A stretch of 64,000 nucleotides of DNA from Eledone cirrhosa (GCA_964016885.1 OZ024748.1:54312001-54376000); one strand, 5' to 3'. Shown: positions 41,812-57,130, numbered from the stretch's first letter. Program-made: numbers and translations. Notes: generated from the sequence alone by a model not told the origin.

Positions 41812-42979
41812 GTGTATGCCTGTATTAAGTAATTAAGTAAATTGACAGGCCCTTTATGAATAATACGATCCTGTTCCTATGGTGTATGTGTGAGAGAGAA
41901 AGAACTGTGCACAACTATGTATACGTTGAAGTGATTATATACTTGCATATATACTATACATATATATATATGGGTGTGTATGATGTATTTATTTATTATA
42001 TATTCCCTATGTTAGTCATTCTAATAGACTTTAACACAGACATCTAACTAATATGATACTTGTGTCTCTCTAGTAATCTATTTTGGACAGATCCTGTGGA
42101 GTTCTGTGTTAAGATTTACTAAAAGTAACATTCTACAATATCAACATGGCATATATATATGTACATATTATTGTGGGTTTTGTTTTATGTTGGTCGTGCT
42201 ACAACACACACCTGTGCAGATTTTGCTGGGCCTCATATGAGGTTACTCGTATGTTCTAATGATAGGGGCTGGCCCCAGTGGGTCAAACATTCCTACTCCT
42301 GTATTTGATTAAGATATCACTTTTGTGGTATTCATGAATATAGTATATCGCATGTATATAAATAAATATATATATATGTATATGTGTGTGTGTGTATAAA
42401 TATAAATGAATATACATTAGCATTGGCGTTATTTTGTATGCTGTTATATTTTGATGATATACTATTTAGATTTGTGTGTGTGTGTGCGTGTGTATATATT
42501 TATATATATATATATATATCCTTAGATGTAGTGTATAATATCATTTCAGTAAAACTATTCTGTATTTATGTTATGTAGTATTAATTTTAACAAGACTAAA
42601 TATCAATTATTGTCCATTACATATAGTTAGATATACTGTGGCTATGTATTATTAATGCCATGTAATGATTAAGAGAAAATATCTAAAATCTGTTTGTTAA
42701 TTCAAATGTTTATAGCTTCTTTACTAGTGAATAGATTGTTGTGAACATGTGCAATATAAAATTATAGACTTTAATTTGTAATGTGAAGCAGATATATAGT
42801 TGTTTTGTACCTTTTAAGAATGTTTGGCTAATGTAATTTCATGCAGTATATGTTGTGTTAGTCAAGCACTAATTTACTGATAGGTAGGTAGCCATCACTG
42901 GATTTCTAGGATCCAATGTTATGACAAAGACCTAACTTTATCGCTGGCTGACAATAACCATTTGATAGTTGTCTATGCT

Positions 42980-43060
42980 GGTTCACTGAAGACTGGTGAC
43001 ATGACACTCTTAGGCTCTGTATGTAAGGTTTTAACACAGTCTATAGTTGGTCACCTCTGA

Positions 43061-43070
<10 letters not shown>
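42980..43070 (+). ncRNA. Partial hammerhead-like motif
   Basis: CTGAAGA (42986-42992) ... ggtgac/gtcacc stem ... GAAAC (43059-43063), running into (TA)n. No stem III or UH. Confidence 0.3.
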
Positions 43071-43092
<22 letters not shown>

Positions 43093-43427
43093 GTATACAT
43101 ATGAATGTTTGTGTTTGTATGAACAGAAAGAAATGGGAGATGAGTGGGTAGTGAAAGGGTGAACTAGGTAAGTTATTAGATATATCTATTATCAGGCTTA
43201 CTACAACATAGGTAGATGTACCCAACCAAATATGACCTGCATTTACACATGCACCCTATCCTTATTTGTATAAATGAGAAGTAGATATTTTAGTCATATG
43301 TGATATGATGATGATGTCTTATTGAACATGTATGTTCAATAAATATATTTATTTTTAAGGGTTACCTTGATTCTGTTTATTACACATATATCTGTCTCTG
43401 ACACATCCATATATCTGGATCTGTCTG

Positions 43428-43469
<42 letters not shown>

Positions 43470-43579
43470 ATGTGTGTGTGTGTGTTTGTATATAATGAAA
43501 ATATGTATATACATATATCATGTAAATATATATATATATGTTTATAATATAAATATATGTATATATATGTGTGAGTGTG

Positions 43580-43618
<39 letters not shown>

Positions 43619-46034
43619 GTGTGTGTATATGTATCTATAATATATATGTGTGCGTGTGTATATATGTATGTATGTATTTTGTTGATCAAAAAGCATTGCT
43701 TGATGATTAGGATATATGTTGGTTAGTAGTGTTGTAAGACATTAATGGAAGAAGCCCCACACACCACTGGTGTTAAATGGTGGGGAATTTCCTAATGCAA
43801 TACAATTAGTCAGATATATACTTTAATTTAAGAGTGAAGGAAATACAATCTCAGTAATGTATGGTTGGTAATGTAGTTGTTTGGTGAACACTATATACAC
43901 TGTTTGAATTCTATCTGGTTCTAGTTCTGTTTTATATATTTATTTATCAAATAGCTACATATATATATACACATACACATATACTCATATATATATACTC
44001 ACACTCATATATATATACATACATACACACACTCATATATATATATATATATACACACATATATGTACACACACTCTCATTTACACATACATTCATATAT
44101 ATATATATATATACACTCACACTCATATATTTATATATATATACGCACACACACATATATGTACACACACCCTAGTATATACATACACATTCACACACTC
44201 ACACAATTATATACAGGCATACATATTGTGGTTGTGTGGAATCCCTTCAATAAATTATTTATACTGTTTTAGTTTCATAAATAAAACATCATCATGTAGT
44301 AAAAGACAACAAATTTGCAAGAATATAGAATATATATAAAAGGAATGGTAAATGTAGGCTATGATTTTTTAATTACATTAGCTCAGAATATCAATATTCA
44401 CATGAGGGTGACAGGGAACTATGGTATTCATGCCTTTTCTATAGTAAATGAAGTTATTTCCTGCCATTAGACTGATAGGCTTAACCCTTTCATTAACATA
44501 TTTCTAACATATTTCATACTCTGTATTTCAATTAATTAATGAAGAATTTGGAAGTATTTTACTAAATTCATTATTTTATTGTTAAAGGTATTATTGTAAC
44601 AAATTATTCTTATATAAAATTATGTTGAAAGATTTTATTTTAAAAAGAGTGATTTGGTTTTGTAGAATACTGGCCAATTTTGGGAGGGTTACTATCAACA
44701 GAGCTAATGCATTCCATTATGTAAATATATCATTATATTAGAAGTTCCATTCATGGTATGGGCGACTTGAGTTTAATAGAATTAGTACCAGTCAAATATT
44801 GGTAGCCCTCCTTTCCTCCACAAAACCTTGTGGTCTTATTTGTGTCTCTACGACATAACACCTGTGGTGAAGCTGCTTATTGATATCCATGTTTTAACTT
44901 TTTCAATATCAAACAGCTTGAAATTGCTCTGGATTCTTTTAGTTTAAATCTTTTATAATTCTTGATTATTTTGATAGCTAAAATCACAAAGGTAGTATAT
45001 TCTTCTTCATGAAAAGGTTGACACTTTTGACACCAAACCACCCAAAATCTGTCCCTGGATTTTAAACTGGTTATTATCATCATCACCACCACTGTTTAAC
45101 ATCTATTTTTCCATGCTTGCTTGTGTTACACAGATCGTCCAAGTCTGGCCAGTTGGCCATGCCTTACCTTGCTTAAACAAAACTGGCTGGGGGTTTTACA
45201 GTTGGATACCCTTCCTAACACCAACCACATTTGCATATTTAAAAACTGTTTTTCATATATTAAACTATGCTCCAAACACTAGATAAATAATGAAAGAGAT
45301 AGTTATATTGGTAAATTCCTCTAAATTTCTTGATTATTATCCAAAGCATTTGAAAACCTTAGACAGTGTCTTTCATTAGAAATATTGATGTGAAAGTGTT
45401 AAGCAATCTTTAGCATTAATGTTTGCTTTTCATTGCATACTTATGTGGTTGGTTGAACTGTTCTTTCTTAAATAGTTGTTAATGTGTGTCTGTCTATTTA
45501 GGTGTGTATGTGTGTGTGTATTTGTGTTTATAGAAGATTTCCTCTATGTGGAGTGAAATTGAGCTGGTGATTTGGATGTTTGATCAAGCAGACTAAACCA
45601 TCTTTCCAGATTCACTTCACTTGGCTGGCTTCCTTTACTGGCTTCTCCACTTGTTTATATTATTATTATTATTAATGTTGTTGTTATTTATTTATTTTTG
45701 ATATTTTAATTGTCTCTTCCTCTTTTATACTTCAATATTTAAAAGTTGGTGGTGTTGGTGGTGGTCATGGTGGTTTGAAGAGAGGGGAAAAATAACAAGA
45801 ACAATATGAAAAGCCCCCCAAAAACAAATGGAGATATAAATAAATAAAATCTGTGAAATGCGCCCCCCTCCCCCTTGTCTCATCTCACCTCTTCTCATCT
45901 TGTTCAGTCATGGATGTAGAAATTTGCATAAACCGATTTTGAATTCTTTCAGCTATCATTCTCCCTGCCATTTCTTAATAAGTGATTATACATACATTTA
46001 CGCACAAAGACACAGACACATGTGTGTGTGTATG

Positions 46035-46072
<38 letters not shown>

Positions 46073-46229
46073 TTCATGTATAGATAGATATAAATAAATA
46101 TTTGAACTAAGGAAGAATAATAATGACATGGATAACAAACAAAAGAAATACATTAAATAAAACTGATTGAAAATAAAATGTGGACCTCCCCCTTTACTAC
46201 TACTACTACTATTACTAATAATAATGATT

Positions 46230-46658
46230 TTTGATTTAGGCACAAGGCCAGCAATGTTTTGTGGGTGGGGAGAAAGTCAATTAAATCAACCTCAGTGAGT
46301 GACTGGTACTTTATTTTATCGACCCGGTAACGATGAAAGGCAAAGCTAACCTCTGCAGGATTTGAACCCAGAACGTAAAGGGCCATAACTCTATATTGCA
46401 AAGCATTTTGTCTGACGATCTACTATTATTGCCAATCTATCACCCTGGCTAATAATAAGGGTCTCTACTTTAGTACTGCCAGCAATTTTGGGTGTAGGGG
46501 TAAGTCAATTGAATGAATTAACCCCACTATTTGATTGGAACTTGATTTTGTTTAAAAGAAGGATGTAATGTTGCCCTCGGCAGGATTTGAACTGAGGACA
46601 TAAAGGGCTGAAACAATCATTGTTAAGCATCTGTCAAATGTTCTAACGACTCTGCCAA
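46230..46658 (-). mobile_element. Two tandem degenerate SINE A copies
   Basis: Recognisable tail, central domain and ggatttgaac. Several CpG sites are lost. Confidence 0.7.
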
Positions 46659-46864
46659 TAATAATAATGAAATATTAAAATAAATACATTAGATATAGCA
46701 TATATATATAGATAGGAAGATTTGTGTGAATTTCTTGCCCTTCCCATAGAATTAGCTGAAGAAATTGAGAATATCAGTAGTGGTGGTTGAAGTGGTAGTG
46801 GTAGTGGGGATGGCGGTCTTTCCTCTGAAGTTCTTCACGCAATAAAAGATTTGTTTATTCTGTT

Positions 46865-46978
46865 TCACACCACTTCCACTACTACATTACACACACTAAA
46901 ACAACACCACTGCTACCACCACACACCACTTCCACTACTACATTACACACACTAAAACAACACCACTGCTACCACCCA
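46865..46978 (+). repeat. ~56-bp direct duplication
   Basis: cacaccacttccactactacattacacacactaaaacaacaccactgctaccacc occurs twice. Confidence 0.9.
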
Positions 46979-47100
46979 CATCTTCCAGAGCTTCTACTAC
47001 TGGTGGTATCCCAAACAACCTCACAGATATACTACCACTATAACATTATATAACATACCACCACCTCAGATAGATACACTATTACCATAGCATATCACCA

Positions 47101-47370
47101 CCACCACTACTACAACCTTAACAACCACTGGTTGCTTCTAAAGCAACCCCACACAGATATATTACCACCACCACTACAACCTTAACAACCACTGGTTGCT
47201 TCTAAAGCAACCCCACACAGATATATTACCACCACCACTACAACCTTAACAACCACTGGTTGCTTCTAAAGCAACCCCACACAGATATATTACCACCACC
47301 ACCACCACCACTACAACCTTAACAACCACTGGTTGCTTCCAAAACAACCCTACACAGATATACCACCACA
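47101..47370 (+). repeat. ~61-bp minisatellite, 4 units
   Basis: Unit ccaccactacaaccttaacaaccactggttgcttctaaagcaaccccacacagatatatta. Confidence 0.92.
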
Positions 47371-48342
47371 CAGTGTATAGGCTACCTTCACACCACAACT
47401 AGGTCCAGGACTTAAACCCAGGATCTTATGATCCTAAGTCCCAAATCGTAACCACTAAGCCATGCGCATCCTCCACCAGTTTCCCCCACAAAATAACCTC
47501 ACACAGATTATACTACTGCCATAATGAAACACCACATCACACCACACTATGTCCAGATTAACCACCATCATCATCATCATCATCATCATCACTATCATCA
47601 CTACCAGCTAACATTTGAGAACATCATCACTATCAACATAGCTAAACAATATAAGACCACCATTACTACTACTATTACTGCTTCTACATCCTTCCATTAT
47701 CTTTACTACTACTACTACTACTAGTCCCACCACCAACAGTACAATTATAACTACTGCTAATTAATACCAGCACATCTACCAAACTTTATCAGTACCACCA
47801 CTACTGCTAATGCCAGCACAACTACTGCTGCTACTACTACTACTACTACTACTATACAACCATCATTATCATCATCATCCTTATTACTATTACTGCTGTA
47901 AAATATTTCAACTAGTACACATCTACTTACTATCCACCCCTCCCTTCTCCTCCACCCTTCTTTCTATCCGCCTCTGCCCCTCCTCCCTTTACCCACCACC
48001 AGCCATCCTCCCTCCATTTTTGTTCTCATTCCATAATGTGTCTGTTAGTAATTCTTTATTTTCCACAGTAAGTCATTCCTCTGCCCAAAATAACCAAAAT
48101 ACTGCCCCATCTCCACCCTTCTCTCTCCCTCTCTCTCTAAACAACAACAACAACCAAACATCTTAACAGTCCAAGTTTGATAACAAATGTTTTTGAGAGT
48201 GTGAATGTGTGTATATATACTTATGTGAGTCTGTATATATGCATGTATGTGTTCTAGTCATTTATAATTTGTTTGTGTATGAAACAGACACTTTTCTGTC
48301 TTTGCTGGGGTTTTTTTATTATTACATCAATTTTTTTCTCTC

Positions 48343-48376
<34 letters not shown>

Positions 48377-48379
48377 TAT

Positions 48380-48505
48380 GGAGTGTCTACAGTGCTAAGC
48401 TTGGAAAGACCACTAATCAAAGTAGTACTCAATGCATAATGAGATACGGAGCTGGTATATCTAGGAAGAAAATCTTCAACTGTGAGGTCCTACAGTTTCT
48501 ATTAC
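48380..48505 (-). mobile_element. Hammerhead-3'-half island, same tail family as 15491
   Basis: Minus strand GAAAC-tgt aggacctc aca-GTT (48478-48499), then ATTGAGTAC (48425-48433), ending at (TA)/(TG) repeats. Confidence 0.55.
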
Positions 48506-48704
48506 TTTACACACACCAACCGAATCATAGATTCGATATTATGTGATTTGATATTACCATGAAAACGAGTAATGTAAATGCTAAAGGGTTAAACAACAGT
48601 ACAGCAGTGTCAATGAAATGAGAATCAACCCCATACTTCCATGGGCTGGATGAATCTTTTCTAGCGCAGCACCTTACCTTCCGGGGAGGGGGGGGGGGGG
48701 GGGG

Positions 48705-49028
48705 CTTTGTCATCTTTGAGTTTCAGCCTCTTGACAACAGCTTTCACCATTTCTTGCCATACCTTCCTCTTAGATTGCTTAGTACTTCTTTTACTAAAAT
48801 GTCTTCTTCCACATACATCACATAACCATTCCAGCACAGTATATAGTCTTCCCATTTATAACCTACTTCTGATTATCTTTATATTCAGTCTTTCATTCGA
48901 CTCATTAATGCATTATCTTTCATGCACCCTAGCGTTACATATCCAATAGAGTAGACTATATCTGATTTCCCTTATATCCTGTTTTTTTCTTGACTCATTT
49001 ATGCTCTGTTGTTCCCAATGGAGTACCA
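48705..49028 (-). mobile_element. Decayed RTE-clade LINE, C-terminal coding fragment
   Basis: Minus-strand translation LYWICNARVHER*CINESNERLNIKIIRSRL*MGRLY..LEW...SKRKVWQEMVKAVVKRLKL resembles the RTE ORF end (LRWMC...RRLRW.GHV...GRPRKTW..VV). It contains stop codons. Confidence 0.65.
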
Positions 49029-49039
49029 TTTAATCTTGC

Positions 49040-49258
49040 AAGATGCAAGAGAACATCGCTAGTGATGGTACAACTATAGAATGCACCCAGTAAACTCCTT
49101 AATGCAATTGGTGTTAGAAAGGGTATCCAGCTGTAGAAACTATGCCAACAAAGGATTTTACAAGTGAGTGGTTGGCCTTTAATCTATCCAGGAATATAGT
49201 AAACTCTGTAGCGACCCAACCAACCCATGCCAGTAAGGAATGTGGATGTAAAGTAATG
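49040..49258 (+). mobile_element. RTE-associated 3' UTR/SINE tail repeat
   Basis: ttggtgttagaaagggtatccagctgtagaaac...aacccatgccag...ggatgtaaa. Related pieces at ~45090-45235 (-), ~50450-50570 (-) and ~58775-58865 (+). Confidence 0.55.
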
Positions 49259-49380
<122 letters not shown>

Positions 49381-49462
49381 TATGTGTGTGTATATATATA
49401 TATGTATGTATATATATATGTATGTATATATATATATGTATATATATATGTATATATATATG

Positions 49463-49529
<67 letters not shown>

Positions 49530-49544
49530 ATATATATATGTATA

Positions 49545-49585
<41 letters not shown>

Positions 49586-51820
49586 TTGCCAATGTTTGTT
49601 TTGTTTTTGGTCTAAGAAGTGGCCATATTCAGGCACGAGTTGGCTTCCACTATGTATGTATGTATGTATGTGTGTGTGTGTGTCTTTATGTATATACACA
49701 TACTTACATACATAAAACCCACTAAAGAATGAGATCAATTTTGCCATTAGCAATGTCAGTTTGGTGAAGCAAATTAGTTAGTTCCATTGGAATATTATGT
49801 AACTAGCAGACCAACCATTCTTTCTACTTTCCTGTATATAATATATAAGCTGCTATGTGGCAGGATATATACATATATTGGTAAAATCTGATCTGTAATA
49901 GGTTTTGTTGTCTATTTTACTCTTCTCATTGTATATATATATATATATATATAATCATCATCATCATCATTTTACGTCTGCTTTTCCCTGTATTTTTCTG
50001 TAAGTCTCTGTGTTGTTGAGGCTGCTATTATAGAATAAAGAAATAATGAAGAAATTATTATTATTATTATAATATTACTGTATATATTCTTCTAAAAGTT
50101 GACCTCCTACTATTTTCTGTTGCCCCAGTTTGCATTTTTCTGTAAAAGTCAATTGTACTTCTTCGTGGACATCAATCAGATCAACATTTATGGAAAAAAG
50201 ATATCCTGAATGTGAATGTTACTATGAGGAAATTAATTTTACTATGCCATCATGTCCACAAGTGGAAATATATGTACACAAATGGAAATATCTATAGGTG
50301 CTAAGAGCTCTTATGTATGGCTTTGATAATACAAAGTATTTTGAGTTGTGTGAATTTCAACCCCACAAAAGTTGTAATTATGTAATAATCAACCCCATAA
50401 AAAAGACAAAAAACATTCATTTTTTACATGAATACTTTCCATAATTTTGGAAAGGTTTTTCTGTCTAGATGCCCTTCCTATTACCAGTCACTTTACAGCA
50501 TGGACTGGGTACCTTTTATTATGCCACCAGCACTAGAGAGGTTGTCTGACAGGACTCAAGGGTCCTCACTACCCTCTGTCAGTTTATATTCAGAGTGACT
50601 GCTGTCCTATATACCTTCAGTATGGCTTACAAAACCATAAAAAGTGTGAAGCACTAAAAACTAAAAAAATCCACTACCATTTTAAATGTTTTCTAACTAG
50701 ATACTAATTCTCAACAAGACTGTGGTTGTAAAAGTAGGAGCAGTGGTATTGAATTAATTAATTCTAGTGAGCTCAGAAAAATGAAATGTTAAGTACCAGT
50801 AATATAATATACTGAAGGTTAATTTTAATGGAATGCTACCCTTCCTCTGTAAAGTTTGCTTTTATGACTTATCAATAAATTATTTTGTTATATAGTTAAC
50901 AATGATTATTTCTTTACTTTGTTCTTACTATTGAATACAGAATTATATATATATATATATATATTAGTATGTCTGTGTTATGTTTATGTTGAGCTAAAGA
51001 CCAGTGTTCTGTTGGGTGTCCCTTTACATTTCAATAAATAGCTATTTGATTAAAGAAGTATTGAGAGCTGTGGTTAATCACAGATCTGTGGTTAAAAGCA
51101 GCTGTATATATATATGAATACACACACACTCTCTCTCTCTCTCTCTCTCTCTCTATCAGTCATAGACCTACATATGAGCAGGAAATCTTAAACACATCAA
51201 ATGGGAATCCAACCACTTGGTTGACAGCCAACTGTGTAAACTTTTACAAGAAAATGCAGAATATCAGTCCTCCCTTGCTGTTTTTTCTGCAATATATATA
51301 TATACACATTTTCTGACATTACATTTCCATAAGTGTAAAACAATACTCATTTCCTACTAATAGAAAAAGAATGGCCAGGGATATATTTCCACTAGAACAA
51401 ACCTTCTAAATTCCCTTCTAAACTGATTCATTTTACCTAAAATAATAATTTTTAGTTAAATCTTTGTTAAATCTTTCTCAATTTCCCTTCCCCCATTCTT
51501 TTCCTTACATCTTAAGAGTATTAACAAAAAATGATGTCTATCTTTATGTCTAATATATAAAGTTGGAAACAAATTCCAGGATAATATGCTATGTATATAT
51601 GATTCATAATGTTTGTGTGTTTTGATTATGCATGAATACCTAATTTTTGATAATTCTTCTCCAATTTTAGAGCACTAAGTGGCTCCATCTACTTTGACTT
51701 GAAATTATGACCTCTGCTGTGGAATTTAAGACTGACCCCACCTCCTCTTCTGTTGTTCCGTACACTTCCATACACATATATTTCATATATGTGTAGGGAA
51801 CATATTTTATATATATATAT

Positions 51821-51943
51821 GCTGAAACCTCAGTCTTTTCTGCTTTTCTCTTAAGAAAATAAATTTTACACTCTGTATTGAGTGCTCATTTAGTTAAAAT
51901 TTGAATGTTGGAAATTCAATGGTATTTTAAACATCCACTTCAG
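51821..51943 (+). mobile_element. TATTGAGTG-tail island with GAAAC-ctca-GTC
   Basis: Begins right after (TA)n with gctGAAACctcaGTC. Hairpin cactc-tgtatt-gagtg at 51869-51884. A related TATTGAGTGCTCATT occurs at 27325. Confidence 0.45.
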
Positions 51944-52311
51944 TATATATGTGTGTGTTTACTTGTGTGTCTGTGTCCCATAGCTGAGCGGTTCGACAAA
52001 AATAGGAGATAGGTGGTGTAGTGCCAAACTTGAAAATATAAGTAATGGCTGATATGATCAACTAAATGAAGGCACTACTCCAACATGGTTGCAGTTTAAT
52101 GAGTAAAACCACTAAATAGGATAGAGATGAAAGGCTCCACATTTAATGGAAAGATGTAGTTGGCTAAATCAACACCAATATGTAACTGGTACTTTGTTTA
52201 TTGACCTTCCAAGAAAGATGAAAAGCAAACTTGTTCTTTGGGAAACGTCCATCTCTTTACTGTTCATCCCACATACATCTACCTCCCTTGATAATAAAGA
52301 TAATAATAATG

Positions 52312-52632
52312 AGTTTTAGCTTTAGGCACAAGGCCAGCAATTTGTGAGGAGAGGAAAATTGATTTTATCAGCCCCAGTATTTGGCTAGTACTTTATTTGG
52401 CAGGATTTGAACTCAGAACGTGAAGGTTTGTAACTATATTCCACAAAGCACTTCTGGTACTCCACTGATAATGGTGCTTTAGCCCCCCATAAAGATGAAA
52501 GCTAAAGCTAATAATAATAGTAATTATTATTATTAGGTTAACTTTGCCTTTCATCCTTACGGGGTCGATAAAATAAAGTACCAGTAATTCACTGCGATAA
52601 TTGCTGGCCTTGTGCCAAAAGTAGAAACAATT
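52312..52632. mobile_element. SINE A copies: degenerate (-) 52312-52470 and truncated (+) 52535-52632
   Basis: Shared motifs. The plus copy is flanked by aattattattat. Confidence 0.7.
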
Positions 52633-53312
52633 ATTATTATGTTAGTATTAGTAGTAGTTGTTGTAGTAACAGCAAAAAAAAATGTGGACTAAGCATGTAG
52701 ATCAATTTTTATTTTGTTACCCCAGCAGGTCTTTCCAAGTTACTAGAAATGGTCTTCTAAGAGATGGAAAAATATTAAGACATAAGTAAAACAAAAAGTG
52801 GCTATTTTTAATAAATTTTTTCAAGGGATTATGTTCCAATTCTGTTGCAGAATTATTGAGCTTATTTCTTTTAAATTCCTTCATCCTAACTCTCCCCATT
52901 CTCTTTTTATTATTATTATTATTATTACTATTATTGTTATATTTACTATTACTTTGGCTAATTTTTTAAAACCATTTTGGCTAATTTTTATTATTTAAAT
53001 AATTTCTTATACATTTTCTTTAGCTATTCAAACCTTCCTTCCTCTTTCCTAGATTTTTCTATTTTTCTCTCATTTTTGAAAAAAAAAAGAAAAAAGATTC
53101 TTTCTATCTTTTCAAATATGGTTTAACTTAGCTTTCATTTTTTTATATCATTATTAATTTGTCTTTCTTTTTTTTTTTTCTAATTTTCTTCTATTTCTAT
53201 ATTTTCTTCTCCTGTCTTCCTATTTCTGATGTTTAAGTTTTTCTAGTTCCTTCTTTTTTCTTTTAATATTTTTTGTTTGTTTTTTCTTGTATTATTGCTA
53301 TTATCATTATTT

Positions 53313-53363
<51 letters not shown>

Positions 53364-53434
53364 TGAGTAGTGGGTTGAGCATCATTAATATTATTATTAT
53401 TATGATTAATATTCCTTACAACTACTATTATTAT

Positions 53435-53980
53435 GGGCAGTGAATAGGCAGAACTGTGCAGTGTTAGAGAAAAACACTTTGTTATGGCCCTTTACATTCT
53501 GATTTCAAATCCTGCTGGGGGTTGGTCACCTTTGTGTTCTGTCCCTCTGGAGTCGATAAAATAAAGTACAAGTAATGAACTGAGGTAGATTTAATTAATT
53601 TTACCCTTTCCTCTAAATTGCAGCATATAGTTACATCCCTTTATGTTCTGAGTTCAAATCCCGCTGAGATTATCTTTGCCCTTTATCCTTACGGGGTCGA
53701 TAAGATAAAGTACCAGAAACTCAATGGGGTCCATTTAATCAACTTTCCCCTCCTCCAAAATTGTTAGCCTTGTGCCTAAATTAGAAACCAGGGCAGTGAA
53801 TTGGCAGCATCGGTAGAGCGTCAGACACCATGCTTTACGGCATAGCGTTATGGCCCTTTGCATTCTGAGTTCAAATCCCACCGAGGTTAACTTTGCCTTT
53901 CATCCTTACGGTGTTGATGAAATAAAGTACCAGTAGCGTACTGGGTAATTGCTGGCCTTGTGCCAAAAGTAGAAACAATT
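53435..53980 (+). mobile_element. Three head-to-tail SINE A copies
   Basis: Repeated ttcaaatcc and aagtac motifs in copies starting at ~53435, ~53620 and ~53791. Confidence 0.75.
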
Positions 53981-54397
53981 ATTATTACGTACACAACTGA
54001 TTTCTGGAACTGATGTCTTCCTCATCTCCTTGTTTTTCTCTTACTTCCCTCATTTGCCAAAATCATATTTTAAAACATGAAAGTTTGCACTTTTATGTCT
54101 GCAGTACAAGTCCCCCCCCCCCCCTCTCTCTCTCTCTCTCAAGTCATTATTACCATCATTATTTTTCTATTGATTTTTATCTTTTTTTTTATATAATCTG
54201 ATTTCCACTTTCTTCCACTACCATCATCATCATCATCATCACTAGCACTACCACCACCAGCATTTCAATGTTTGTTGCTTGTTCAGTTACCACCAACCCA
54301 CAAACACACCCTGCTTCTTTGAGTCTCCTACCATTTTCCAGTGGCATCAAACATTTCAATAGCCACCACCCACCATCACCACTACTACCACCCACTA

Positions 54398-54785
54398 ACC
54401 ATCACAACTACCACCACTACTATCACCACAACTACCACCACTACTATCACCACAACTACCACCACTACTATCACCACTACCACCACTACTATCACCACAA
54501 CCACCACTACTATCACCACTACCACCACAACCACCACTACTATCACCACTACCACCACTACTATCACCACTACCACCACTACTATCACCACTACCACCAC
54601 TACTATCACCACTACCACCACAACCACCACTACTATCACCACTACCACCACTACTATCACCACTACCACCACTACCACCACTACTATCACCACAACCACC
54701 ACTACTATCACCACTACCACCACTACTATCACCACTACCACCACTACTATCACCACTACCACCACTACTATCACCACAACCACCA
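54398..54785 (+). repeat. Compound (CAC/TAC) triplet minisatellite
   Basis: caccactactatcaccactac-type units. Confidence 0.9.
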
Positions 54786-55014
54786 TGCTACTTATAACTT
54801 CTCTCCACAAAATATATGAAAATAGATCTAAAAAAAAAAAGAGAATTATTTAAACTAAATTAAGCTAAGAAAAAAAAGCACAATTTTCAGCAGAAAATAT
54901 ATTATTTACTCCTCCCACAATCCACCTCTAATTTCTTCAGGGAATATTTTTGTTTCTCTGTATTTATTAATTATTTTGCTCTTTTTCTATTCCCCTCCTT
55001 TAAATACACATATG

Positions 55015-55095
<81 letters not shown>

Positions 55096-55404
55096 TTAAA
55101 AAATAATCAATAATTGAATGAATGCAAGGAGAAATTAAGAAAGAAATTGTTAAACTTTCTTTCAGAAATTTCATCTCATTCGATTACTGATTTTTATATA
55201 TGTAGTTTATTTAATTTTACTTGATTTTATTCATTATCATTATTGTTGTTATTATTATTGAGTATTTTTCACAATTCCACTAATGGAATGTTTGGTACTT
55301 GTGGCTAGAATCATTATTGGATACAAAATATATCCATATATATATATATGAATGTATGTATGTGTGTGTGTGTGTATATATATATATCCATATATATGTA
55401 TGTA

Positions 55405-55477
<73 letters not shown>

Positions 55478-55739
55478 GGTAAGAGAGGGAGGGAGATCTA
55501 GGCTTTGTGAAGGTTCCTATGTATAAACATACACTTTTACTTATGTTTGAATATGTATGTATATATATATATATATATATATATGAATACAACATTCATG
55601 CAAATATGCCATGATTGTTCCACAAATTTAGAATATTGGCATAAGATTTATTTTTTTTTTTTATTGAACTGATGGAATTAGCAAACTAGATTTTTGGTGT
55701 TCAGGATTACCGTTTTCATATAGCACACACACACACACG

Positions 55740-55785
<46 letters not shown>

Positions 55786-55882
55786 ACACATTAGCAAACA
55801 TATGCAAACATGCATACATAGAGGTATTAAACTAATGCTTTTTTAAATAATGATGATAATAGGAATTTCTATGTGTTTTCTT

Positions 55883-55925
<43 letters not shown>

Positions 55926-55932
55926 GTATATA

Positions 55933-55981
<49 letters not shown>

Positions 55982-56176
55982 ATATATATACATATATATA
56001 TATAATGCGTGTATATCGTTTTTTTTTAAATATTCTATTGCTAAGCACAAACCTTTTTTTTAGAGAGTGGGGCAAATGTGTTTCTGTATTTCTTGTTCAA
56101 TATCCCAAAGGGCTATAGAAGGTAAATTCTACATAAAAATCTAAATGAATGCATAAATATATATATACTCATACAC

Positions 56177-56207
<31 letters not shown>

Positions 56208-56349
56208 AACACAATATGATATCTGTGTATGTGAATGTAAGTACTTCTAAGTGTGTGTATAAACGTATATGTATAGATGTATGCATATTTGTGTATATAG
56301 GAATACATATTTATGTAGGTGTATGTGTATATCTATTTCTCTATCTATC

Positions 56350-56388
<39 letters not shown>

Positions 56389-57091
56389 TTATATGTCTAT
56401 ATCTGTAATTTACATTTATACATACACCCGTGAATTGAAGCATACATATATATACACACACCTGTGTGTATATGCTTGATTATGTATGTAATTCATACAC
56501 AGTGTAATTTACAACTAATTATTCTGGGCTGAGATAACATCAACAAAGACATTTTACTGTTGGTATGTAATGGTAGGGATGGTAGTGGTATGTAGTGGTG
56601 GCGGTGGTATTTAGTGGTGAAATGGTGGTGGTGAGGTGTTGATGTGAAATAAAACCAGAAATTTCCGGAAGTTCTGAAAACAAAAAAAAAACAACACACA
56701 CACACAAAAATAAATAAAAGTAAAATTTTAAAAGCCCCTACAAAATGAAGGGGACGCTGTTTCCAGGGTGGTTTTGTGAGGTGTTTATACTTAAACTTTC
56801 TATTGCGAACACCTGCTTTACCTGGCTGTGTCCAGGTACACCCCTGCCTGTCTCTTTTCCCCTCTCCCCTGCCACCACCATCTGTCATGATGTGCCTATT
56901 TAATTAATACAGTTCAGATTTCTTGTAAAATTTCTGGGTGTGATAAATAGCATGAATATTTAGTTCATCATGACTTTGTTGTTGGTGGTGGGGAGTAGTG
57001 TTAGTGGTGGTAGTGGTGATGCTTGGACACAGGTAACGCTGAGGTCTAAGTTGATCTATACATATATATACTTACACACACACACAATGTG

Positions 57092-57130
<39 letters not shown>

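Noticed and set aside
50150-50305. Possible coding exon (two frames open for ~50 codons)
   Set aside because: No recognisable protein similarity and weak splice signals.
54268-54853. His/Tyr-rich or Thr-rich ORFs
   Set aside because: Read-through of a CAC/TAC triplet array with no domain or splice support.
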